From Nitrospirales bacterium (GTDB lineage Bacteria; Nitrospirota; Nitrospiria; Nitrospirales; UBA8639), in the NCBI GenBank assembly GCA_965203295.1, contig CBDBCZ010000004.1, positions 26,687 through 90,686 of the forward strand: a DNA stretch of 64,000 bases, in the 5' to 3' direction. This document shows positions 39,801 to 51,149 of the stretch, piece by piece (the stretch's first letter is position 1; each line of letters begins with the position of its first letter). The notes below the pieces were generated by a model, which did no database searches, had not been told where the DNA came from, and was given only the letters and a program-made list of their open reading frames with translations. The position numbers were made by a program, and so were the translations under genes.

Positions 39801-39825
39801 CCTTTTTTTACTATTAGTAACCTTT

Positions 39826-40220
39826 TGCGAGCCCCCCCCCCCCCCCTTACTGTAAACCTGTGCGTGCGTGCGCGTCCGTGCACGTGCATGGTCTATTCCG
39901 TAAAAACGTTGGCACGCGTATGCCTATTTCAACAACTGCTGTCGCGCGTTTCAGCGGCAATTATCCTCAGGCTCTACAGCACGTGCGTGCGCTCTGGAGA
40001 GCTAGAGGGAAATGAGTGACTTGTGTAGACAGCGACATTGGAACGGCGCACACAACGCTACAGAGAAAGGAGAGCGGCCGAAACTTCTGTGGAGAAGGAG
40101 AGAAGGCTACAGAACGAGCGAGCACGGAGACCAAGCTTACATGTACGCAGGCGAGAACGCAGGGCAGCAGCGCAAGGGCAAAGGATGAAGTCCCGCGATG
40201 CCACGAACATTGGTAGCTGG
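39826..40220. mobile_element. Third, internally deleted copy of the Helentron derivative
   Basis: Matches 15405-15780; then jumps to sequence homologous to 22891-22990. Confidence 0.75.
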
Positions 40221-40319
40221 AGTGCTGTGCGTATGCGTACAGGTACAGGTCTAGATAGCCCCACTCCCATTCATTCACACAATAATTGCGCATGTGCGCT
40301 GAACCGTCGGGAATCTTCG

Positions 40320-42984
40320 TGTAGGAACGCAAACGCGAAACCAACGCAATTGCGAAACTAACGCAAACGAGAAACTTCCTTGAGCGGCGCGCGCAATCGT
40401 TATGGCGGCGCACGCTTCTCTAGTATTGTCATTGTACTTAGAGTCAGCAGTGGCAAAGGAAGAACCTCAAAAGGTGAGTGGGGGAGCGAGTCCATACTGC
40501 TTGAGTAGGATGAGTAAGACACGGTTTCGAAACAGACATTCAGCAGTGAAAGCAAGGGTACTTCATAAACCATTCTGTTAATGGCTGCATGGCCAAACAT
40601 TCATTGACAAGCTTTGTACACGCGACATTGTATATAGTACATGTATACTACATTGCAAACTTCTATGAGAAGATAAGCTTTCTGAGAGAGTAAAGAAATC
40701 TCGAAAAATTGGGACCCAGCTGGGGATTGAACCCAAGATTTTCTGAATACTAGTCAGATGCTCTTACCTAGCTACTGGAGCCCCCTTGGCAGTGGAACAG
40801 TCAGTGGCGTAGCTACACCAGGGCCTACACGGGCACAGGCCCGGGTAAAAAGTGTGCGTGCCCGGGCAAACGTACGTCTCCTACTGTTATGTCGTAGTAA
40901 ATGGGCGTGGCCATAAAGTATCCACTTAACTACGCGAATTGCGATCTAGTTGCGAGGTAGCAGTGGAGCGCTCGTGATTCTCATGGCTCTCTCACTTGCT
41001 CTGAATCATCTGCGCCTTTAAAACAAAGCTATTCCTCCATTGCTACCGATGTACTGATGCATCAAAACCACTGGAATGTATCCTGACCACTGTAAAAAAA
41101 ATAACTAAAAATTACTGCAAAATGAAAAATTTCCGCGCTTCACGGGAAGCCAGGTACGCTTCACGTTGCTGCATTACCCATGCCCAATCAGTGCCCGGGT
41201 AACACTCAGTCTCCAGCTACGCCACTGGGAACAGTAGGCAAGCTTTAAGACTTATATAGCCACTAAACCCGCTCGTAGCACTTGCCAGTAGGACCCAGCC
41301 AATTCCAACTGTAATTACTCTCTCACATGTACTTCCTTGCCAATAGTTTCCGCTTGCCGGTACACTTTGGAGTCGTTAACGCAATCTCGAAACCAACACA
41401 ATCGCTTGAATTTAACTTCAACGCGAACAAAAATCAGTCAACACAGGGGCCTATTAAGTATGATATAACTTAGGGACAGCCGTAGCGCAATTCAGAAACA
41501 GTCACAAACTTGAGGGCAGCCATTAACTCCCTCGAGAAACTTGCATTAACGCAATCGCGAAACACTAACGCAGTCGCGAAACATAAACGCAATCGCGAAA
41601 CACATAGCACAAACTAGAAACAGTTACCACTGAAGTGATACAGCTTGTGACCAGCCGTATAATGCCATAATATTATATGTTCCCTATACCTTGTTGATAT
41701 CCTTGTCACCTTGTAATATTATACCGAACATGCAGCTATACTAAAGATTATTATTATGTGTTGTTATAGATGTTTATTCAATCATTCGTGGAATAATCTA
41801 CTCCCTTGAACACATCCTGCAACAGAATACTTTGGACATGCAGTGAATAATTATTATTCCAGCATAATTATAAAGGACATGCAGTAACAATAATTTGCTA
41901 TAATATTATTATATAATATAATATTATTATACTTACTATGGTAGTAACTATAAATAATGCAATAGACAGTTTTAAGTGCTACTAATGTAATGACACAAGC
42001 ATAAATATGCTATTATCTTGGGAATTCTTCTAGGATATGGGCATTAATGGCTGCATTATACTGTAGTGCATATTTCTTCTGCAGGAGTAGAACCATAGCC
42101 TGCATGAGAACAATGTGAGTGGTATAATATACTTTACTCTTGGTGTGTGAATAAGTCAATGCATTACCTCATTATACAAAACATCTTAGGCAAGATCCAC
42201 TGATTTTACGATGCTCTTCCCTTTAAAAATAATTGAGGCTATCCCATCCATGTGGTGGGAGACTTCAGCTACCTGCAAGATATTAAAAGATTGTATATGA
42301 AAAAATATTCTGTAGTTGTTTGCAAATTCCTATTGAAATACACACCATATCTGGCAGGCATGTTAATGGCCATTCTCTGTGCTGGATGTACTGCACTTTT
42401 CTCTTCAAGCTCTTCCCTTCCACTAACTTGTGGTAATAGAAAGACTGCATCTGACTCTATGATCACCACTGTAAAGTTGCATACACATGCATGGACTCAA
42501 AACACAATTACAGATATTAATCAACCACATGCATACTCAGTCAGTACATGTATGTTCAATAGCTATAGTAGACTTTAATATCTATGCTTTAATCCTCGTG
42601 TCGAGCCTTAGTACATGTGAGCTGCATTCACATCCTTCATGGATCTGAAATTGGAAGGAATTATCGATTATAAACAGGAACGCATGCACAGACATAATCT
42701 CCGTGTTTGCTCTACTCATAGATAGTGTTATCTATGCTTTTCTGTAGGTTCTGTTGGCCAAGTACAACTACTACACTGGCATTGTTAAATAGATGCATCG
42801 CCATCGTATGTTAGCTGATCTGCATGCTTTGTATTTGCACAACAATCGAGTTTTGTATACAACGGCGGATGTGGGCGGGGTATAAACGTTCATGCGGCTG
42901 GCCGGCTAGTGTAGGGTGTGGCAGGTTTCTCGTTTGCGTTAGTTTCGCAATTGCGTTTTTTGGTTTCGCGTTTGCGTTCCTACA
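40320..42984. mobile_element. Duplicate of the TGTAGG-TIR transposon (58330-61043); only the right TSD is present
   Basis: Same TIRs; GTCCCT at 42985-42990 only; shortened internal repeat array. Confidence 0.92.
40802..41227. mobile_element. hAT-type MITE (CAGTGGCGTAGCT TIR), 8-bp TSD; absent from the paralog
   Basis: GGAACAGT at 40794-40801 and 41228-41235; single GGAGCAGT at ~58825. Confidence 0.92.
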
Positions 42985-44008
42985 GTCCCTTGCTACAGCT
43001 CTTTTTGTTTCGTATGCAATTCAGAAAAAAACACTGGAGGAATGGGGGGAGTGGGGCTACTACGAACTTTAGAGTTGGCAAAGCAGTTAGGCTTGAGTCG
43101 ATTATGCTTAGCATAAAACGGGAATAATTGCAACAAGGAAGCATTTGAGCATTATGCCAGCATAATAGCAACCAATTATATTGTGCGCATGCGCAAACGG
43201 TCAGATTGACATTGCGCAATACTCAGCAGCCTCATGTCACGGCGGAGTCAGGGCTGTTGTCATTGTCGCCGTTTCCGAGTGAAGTGAACGACACTATCGG
43301 GCCTAATGTTGGTACTTCAGTCTTTCAGAGATCAACAGCAACTCACCCGTGAAGACTATATAGAAGCCTCTGTAAAGCTTCGATACAACCATCGTTGATA
43401 TTTTTTCCCCCCGTTTCTCGTGTCCATGTGTATTGTGAACCGTTTTCTAAAGCATTTTTTAAGCACTATAGCAAGAAGCAAAGGGAATAATAGCAATGCT
43501 ATGAAGGAATTCTGGAATAGAATAGTAGCAAAAGATTTGAGCATAATCGACTCAAGCCTAAAAGCAGTACATTGAGAGAGTTGGGCGGGATGTCCAGGAG
43601 AATAGAGAGACCTGGAGCTATTTTGAGAAGAAGTGGATTGAGTATCTGAAACTTCGAGGCATTGAATCTGGAGTGTCAAAACCAACTTTTCCAGAAGTGT
43701 ATGGAGTAGTTGAACGTGATCGATTTTATAAGAGCTGCAGCTTTGCAGGCACGGGAGGTGCAAGTGGTCATGACGCCCCAATGATTGCATATGATGCGTT
43801 ATTGTGTAGTGGGGACTCATGGAGTGAGCTGTGTCTTCACAGCATGCTACATGGTGGTGACTCTGATAGTACTTGAATCATAGCCGCTGCTTGCTGGGGA
43901 GCAAAGTATGGCTACGAGGGAGTTCCTGAGGGTCATTACAAGAAGTTGGAGTACTTAGACCACCTGAGATCGCTAGCAAAGAAGTTGTATAAGACAAGTA
44001 ACCACTGA
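42985..44008 (+). pseudogene. ADPRH: ADP-ribosylarginine hydrolase 3' half, duplicate pseudogene
   Basis: [45 protein letters not shown] insertion and TGA at 43874-43876. Confidence 0.9.
43088..43560. mobile_element. hAT-type MITE, 21-bp TIR, 8-bp TSD; absent from the paralog
   Basis: TAGGCTTGAGTCGATTATGCT TIR; AAAGCAGT at 43080-43087 and 43561-43568; single copy at ~61137. Confidence 0.95.
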
Positions 44009-44717
44009 ACTTATGCAGCTACATGTACATAATGTGCTCAGATTTTCTTAGACAGCACACATGTACACGTTTTATGTGAAAGTGATGTTTATTTATTGAA
44101 ACGATATATCGATATTGCTTAATTATCCGCTACTACATGTACATAATGTGCTCAGAATTTCTTAGCCACACATGCTTTTCCTTTCAAGTTATGTAAAACT
44201 AGTAATTGTTAAGTCATTGTGGTTTTGACCTATATCGGTATACTTATTATTGCTGGAGTTTTCATACACTGATTAGCTATATACATGTATATTGTAGTAA
44301 ACTATTTATGTATCTTTAATTAATAAAGTAATTTCCCTTGTACATACTGTTTACGATATACACCATGATTGTAATGAGTTGTACATGTATGCTTTTGTTT
44401 GTCCCATAAGCATAGCTTGCATATTAAACTTGAATAGACATCAGGATTCTAGTTGCTATTGCATAATAAATGAACAAGGTTCTGTCTCTAAAGAATGGCT
44501 TTCCATGGCACGGTATGGAAAGAAACATGTCAAAAAGTATTTCATTTTCAGTGAACTGCGGTTATAAATCCACAGTTTGAAAGTGTACCCTCTACTCGTA
44601 CCACCCTTCGTATATAGCAACGTTTTCTGTTATTGTAAATTATAATTTTACAAAAAAAATATATGTTAGGAGTGCTGTACACTTCTGAAACCACTAACGC
44701 TAAATAATCTTATGCAG

Positions 44718-45632
44718 TCAAAAATAGTAATCTGTCCAAATGGGTACATGTAGTGGGTGAGCTTCATTATTGATGATCCATCTGTCGACTGATATTAAAC
44801 TACTATCATCAGAAAATAACAGGAAAAAATATTTTAATGTCTCTCCAAGGAAGAAGCTCTCCATTTTGTCCCCAAACTCTGGGTCATCGGGGTTCATTAC
44901 ATTATTAATTGAAGAGTATCCCCCTTGGCTGAGGCGTGCGTACTTCTCAAAGGCCTGAAAGATCTTCCAACCCCAATTGCGGTATTTTTCGTCCTTGGTA
45001 AGCCGGTAGAGCTAGAACAGAGACTCCACCGTCTCTGGTCGGAGGAGATTATGACGATCCAAAGGCTGTAGAAGAATAATAAAACACACTTATGTTGCCG
45101 TCAGAGCACTTATGTCATTAACCACACATAATCACAGATGTAGGTGAAGCTTGCAAGATCTCCAGTCAGAGGGCAAGAAAACCAGAGGTTGCACCGCCCT
45201 AAGTTATTCTTCCTAGTACATGTATGAGACTGTAGCCCTACAAAATTATTGAGTGTACTAAACTCCACCCCCCAACAGATGAAAAAAGTAGGTCTTCCTT
45301 TATAATCCTAGACAGCAATAGGGCCTCTGGTAAATACCCTAAAGAAGAATCCCCACTTCTACCATTATCACCTACTGTACACCTAAAATACAAGGTCCTG
45401 GGTTCAATCTCCAGCTGGGTCTCGTTTTTTTTTTTCGGGATTCTTTACTTTCTCAGAAAGCTTATCATCTCGAAGAGTTTACAATGTACCTTACAATCTC
45501 TAGACTGAGTCCGGTTGGCATCTGCTTATACACCTGGCACCAGGTGTACAAGAGGCTCTTGGCAATAGTCCTGTATTTCTCATTGTGCACACCCGGGGGC
45601 AGAGTGCCAGGAAGATAGCATACTAGATGGTC
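44718..45632 (-). pseudogene. MAN1B1: GH47 ER alpha-1,2-mannosidase last exons (45490-45632, 44718-45065)
   Basis: [57 protein letters not shown]. In-frame TAG at 45012-45014. Confidence 0.88.
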
Positions 45633-45640
45633 CTGTATGC

Positions 45641-45748
<108 letters not shown>

Positions 45749-47091
45749 AGGGAAGGAAGTGGGTGGGTTGATATTGATGCTCTGCAAGTGATACACGCAT
45801 GCAACACATGCACACACAAAACTAAGTACCTTGTACATGGAGATCGCTGCATGCAATACAAGCTAGGGAACTCCAAAAGCACTCAAGGTATATTACGTAG
45901 CTATGTACATGTACATGTATAACGTTTGGTGGAGAACAAATCAATACTTTGATGACATACTGAGTACTCATGTACACACCCCACATTTGTAGTGCTAGTA
46001 GAACTACAGACGTAATTCCATTGGGCACAGCATTGTAAACGAGATTGTGCATATACATAGTTTAGTGTTCCTTAAAAGATGCATGGGCAAGGTACATGTA
46101 GGTATTGATTTACATCTGGAATTACGTCTGTATTCAGTTAGAGGGAGGCAGTATAAGCCAGACTGCAACGGGCCAATGTAGAACCAAAAGACTGATTAGA
46201 GTATTTTGATCATTACCTGACCCTAAGAAGTGCAGTAATGGACTTACTACAGGACTCCTGGTACACATACTCCTGACCCGACACTTAAATACTATTCCTG
46301 TTTAGTTGCATTGCTATAAGCATGTCGTTGCTATTTATACTACATTACATCATCCAAAAAATGATCTGTTTCACACTGCATTGATGTCTGCCCAGAGGAA
46401 GACTGCAGCCCAGCAGTCAAAACGTCGGCATTTGAAGATGACAAGTTTGAGAAGCCAAATTCGTGAGAAAGAGAACTCCAAATATCATGAATTCCGAGAA
46501 CCAACTGAGATCCTTATAATTGAGCAGCTAAAACATACCCTCACTACCCACACTTTGTCATATAATTTGTGTTGTTCTCACACAGCACAGATTGCATGCA
46601 TGTGCAATGTGTTATGTCAGATAGACAACACCCACTCATGTTTCTACACTATAATATATAACCCCCATTTGTTCAGCCCACTTGTTTGCATTGATCCCTC
46701 AGCTTCTTGGGATAACCACAAACTCATAAGCTATGGGGTATATAACCACTCTTGGGTGTAGGTTCCAAGACCCACCAAATTCAATCTCAGCTAGGGTAGT
46801 TGTTTTGTAAAAAAAAATATCCTGGGAGGCCATGACAGTCCTATACATACGCAAAATAATCACTGTACCTGTGGCGATATTCAACAGCTATACAGCCTGT
46901 AAATAACCTTGTACACAAACTGACTGGGTTGTAATACCATCTGTGTAGCCATACACCAAACTTCAGATCATTTACATGTACGTGAATGTATTAGCCTTTT
47001 GAAATTCCAAGCAATTACTAAATCATTAGCTAGTACATAAGATCAATAAACTGACTATATAAAGTTGAAGGGAGATTCTCGGTTGGCTAGG

Positions 47092-47307
47092 AGTCATCTT
47101 GAGATATTCGTATCCTTGTTCCAACCTGCAACAGTTGTTTCAAAGTAATTTCATCAAACTGCCAACGTTTCGGTTGCCATATTGCAACCTTCCTCAGGGC
47201 ACATCAGTGCAAAACACAGGAAAATGAAAGCTTATATAGTATATACATAGCTTCTTTGAAACAACCGTTGCGGGTTGGAACAAGGATACGAATATCTTAA
47301 GATAACT
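47092..47307. mobile_element. 216-bp element with ~54-bp inverted repeats enclosing a hammerhead ribozyme
   Basis: AGTCATCTTGAGATATTCGTATCCTTGTTCCAACC..TTTCAAAG / CTTTGAAA..GGTTGGAACAAGGATACGAATATCTTAAGATAACT. Confidence 0.8.
47160..47201 (-). ncRNA. Minimal type I hammerhead ribozyme
   Basis: Minus strand TGCC-CTGAGGA-A-GGTTGC aatatg GCAACC-GAAA-CG-TT^-GGCA. Confidence 0.8.
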
Positions 47308-49822
47308 GAATATATAGTATCAGCATCACAGGGAACTAATTTAAATAAGCAAGACAAGATGGAGCTAACGGAAGGCATTCGATAGTGTTTCTTATCTTAC
47401 ATATTCTCATCTCAGCATGCACCCACGTACATACATACACAGATATTGGAATTTTTAAACCTGTAACACTTAATTGTTCTTGTGTGGTAGACCTGCCAAG
47501 TCCTACGCACATGTACATTTCTGAGCACTGCCATTCCCTACATTACAGACACTTCACAAGTCCATAATGAAACCGTGGCCTTTTTCTTTTTATGAGGCGT
47601 TTTCAGCACATTGTATAGCTGCTCACTAAATATTACCAGTATTCCAAACACTAATGACAGGAGGATGACTTTTGGAACAGGCAGCAGTTCGGCTGGCTTC
47701 TTGGGAGTTTGCTCGTACTGCACATCTGATCGTTCCCGGGAATGACTAGAAAGTTGATCTGTACAAATAGAAAACAATTGCATACTTGCAGGTGTTTTTG
47801 CATAGCAGGTGCTTCACCTTCATCCTGAACACTAGAGCATCCAGTCAAAATGTTGGCAAAGGTTAATTAAAGGTAACAATAGAAGGCAACCACAACAGTA
47901 CATAAATCCAGCCATACAGATAAGGTCTAGTAAGCTAATGGGTTGCTCTTGTCCAGTCTCTAACACAAGAAATACCCAATAGTGAGCACTACTTTAGAAT
48001 TTAATCCATACTGATACATAAGTGAATATCTCTAATGTACATGTAGTTACGTACAGAGGAATCTCTCTAAATATAGAGACCATGGAACCACCCGTGCATG
48101 TCCAAAATATGGAAACGTACCTTGCACTTGTCGAACTTCAATTGTCCTGTTGAATCTCACTTTGCAGCACTTCGTCTTACAGGGTGGCACTGCAGTGGGA
48201 GTAAAATGACGCTCAAGAAATGTCTACAGATTATATTGACTTTCTCACACAACATTTCTCAGAGATGGCAGGGTCTGAGAATAAGACCAGGCTGAAATCA
48301 CAGCCAGTATTTGACTAACTGATTTCGTAGGAACACGTGCACAACCAGCTGGGCTGAGGCACTCCAATGGGTGAGGCTCTCCAGCAGTTGCACTGATAAG
48401 CTGATGAACACAAGATATGATGCATGCCGTAGTGTCCATACCATTGACCACCCACCCCCAGCCATGGACAGAGATTATAAGATCCCTAGTCAGAGGACCA
48501 ACAATTTTTATCATCATTTCCACATTAAAAGTAATTCTATCACATACAGTTTGCTGGGGTTCTAGAAAAAACAGCAACAAAGATGATTGTGCAGGCCAAG
48601 AGTCATGGGAAAAGGACGAATCCAAAGGTTTCTGTAGATGGTACAAATGGTTCTGGAAGCCTAGGCGAGAGTAGGAGAGGAGAAGGGGGAGAAGAATTCT
48701 TGGTAAAGGGGTGTTTAGCCTGTAGAGTAGAGCTTATTAAGGATGTGAATTATGAAAAAGTATGTGGAATATAGCAAAAAAGAGAGGGGCAGGAATATTT
48801 TGTTTTTGGGTTGTGTTTATATGCCTACAGATAGTGAAAATGTTTCAGTTATTGAAAGGAGTTAAAGTAAACTGAAAGAGGATGTGCTTGTATGCAGAAG
48901 AAGGGTCAGAAGGGTCAGGTTGTGCTTCTAGGTGATTTTAATGCCAGATTGGGGAAACCTTTAGATGATGTAATGGGTATGTTTGGTGAAGGAAAATGTA
49001 ATGCTAGTGGTAACAGGTTGATTTCCTTTTTGAATGAGGTTGAGCTTGTAATAGTCGCGAGTTCACTGTGGAACTACAGTGGACTAGAGCTACTAGACCT
49101 TCTCAGAAACAGAAGTCTATCATTGATTATATAGTTACTGATTCCGGGAATAAAGAGAAGATTAGGTTGAGGAAACAGGTTTATAAGGAGATTAGTAGTG
49201 GAAGGGAACATAAATGGGGAGAGTATTACTACAGAATTGGTATGTGGAAATTAGATAGTTGACTGAAAAGGCTAATAAAGATTTTAATGAAAAAAGGAAA
49301 GAGTTTTGGGCATTTGCTGGCAGGACTTCAAAAGGTAATCTTAAGGGGTTTTACTGCTTTGATGAGTACATGTACTTCAGGTTCATGTGTAACCGGTACT
49401 ATGAAAGTATTACGTGAGCATTATGAAAGGTTGGGTACAGCATCTTTGGATGATCAGTTTGATGAAAGCTGGAAAGAGCATATAGAACAGAGTATGGTAA
49501 AATGTCTAGTTCACAGAAGGATAAGGTTTTGGATAGAGAAATTAGTTATGAAAAGTGTTCTAAAAGCTTAAATAACAATAAAACGGGAGGTAATGATGGG
49601 CTAGTTGGGGAATGTTTTAAGTACTGTGGCAAAGGAATGGCTAATCTGTTGACTGTCCTATATGAAGTAGTTTGGACAGAGGAGAGTATTCCTACACAAT
49701 GGTGACAATTAAGGGTTTATTGTTAGCTTGTATAAGAAAGGTGATACTGAGGACCTAGGTAATTACAGAGGCATTACACTATTGAATATGGTAGAAAAGC
49801 TAAGATTCTAAATAATCTATTA

Positions 49823-50340
49823 TCATATAGCGCTTAAATTTCACGGGTCTTTAATTTCACGTATTTCGCGAATTTGGAGTGATTCGCAAAATTATTTAAA
49901 TTTCTACATTTCCGCATAGATACTGTCCATGCATTCTACAGTACTGACTATGGTTTTGATACTTCAAGAGCGTACGTGGACAGTATGCGGGGTTCCAGAT
50001 TCACGAGGAGTGCTCTCCAAACAAATGCCTTCGTCCGCAATTTTTGAGGCAAACAAACAAAGTCACTGTACTCAGAGATATAGTATCTTTGCTGTACTTC
50101 AGCCAACTACCAGCGCGAAGGTCAGGGGAGCATACCGGAAAATGAGCGCGAAGAAGGCTGAAATTGGAAAGCGAGCAGCAGAGCGTGGAGCGCTAGCCAC
50201 AATTTGCTACCGGTGCTTAAAGCTTCCTGCAATTCATTAGTACGTGGGTGTGGTAAACGAATTCGCGAAATTATTTCAACTAAACGTTCAAAACGGCTAT
50301 TCGCAAATATTTAGACCCGCCAAATTTAAGCGCTATACGG
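49823..50340. mobile_element. Tc1/mariner-pogo-type MITE, TA TSD, retaining an N-terminal HTH remnant
   Basis: TA|TCATATAGCGCTTAAATTT..AAATTTAAGCGCTATACGG|TA; internal RGAYRKMS..KAEIGKRAAERG. Confidence 0.75.
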
Positions 50341-50941
50341 TAGTATGCAGATTAGAATCAAAATGGGCTCTTTTTATGAGGGTCAGGCAGAATTTAGAGA
50401 GAAAGAAGTTGTGTTGATAACATCTTTACTCTAAATGAAATCACACAAGGTAGAATGAGGGAAGGAAAGCACACTTACACTTTATTTCTTAGATGTTCAG
50501 AAAACATTTGACACAGTTTGGCATGATGGTTTATGGTTAACGTTATGGGAACTTGGTGGTAGGGGTAGGATGTGGAGAGTTATTAAGAATATGTATAACA
50601 TCACAAAGAGTGCTGTTTTACTGGAGGGAGAAATATCCAAGCCATTCAACATAGGTCAGGGGGTGGCACAGGGCTGCAATATATTGCCTATCCTCTTTTT
50701 TATTTTTATTAATCAGTGTTTAGATGAGGTTGAGAAGGCTGGGATTGGCATTACTGTTAAGAAGAATGTTAATGTTATTTTTAAGAAGGATGTTAAGATT
50801 GGGGGTCTAATGCTTGCCAATGATTTGGTAGGTTTACACTACTAATGCTGAGGACTTGCAAATGTTGATTCATGTTTTGCAATAAATAGAGATTGAAATT
50901 AAAAGTGCCCTTATGGTATTTTCTAAAGAGGTTGCTGCAGA

Positions 50942-51149
50942 TACATTGCAAACTTCTGTAAGAAGATAAGTTTTCTGAGAGAGTAAAGAAATCCAGAAAA
51001 ATCGGGACCCAGCTGGGGATTGAACCCAGGACCTTCTGAATACTAGTCAGATGCTCTTACCAATTGAGCTACTGGAGACCCTTGGCAGAGGAGCAGTAGG
51101 CAAGATTGATATAGCCACTAAACCCGCTAGTAGCACTTGCCAGTAGGAC
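50942..51149 (-). repeat. tRNA(Thr-AGT)-derived SINE-like repeat; cloverleaf at 51005-51078. Copies at ~40649-41293 and ~58680-58891; partial inverted copies at ~45394-45488 and ~62845-62940
   Basis: D arm GCTC/GAGC; anticodon arm TCTGA-CTAGTAT-TCAGA; T arm CTGGG-TTCAATC-CCCAG. Acceptor stem mismatched; flanks shared between copies. Confidence 0.75.
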
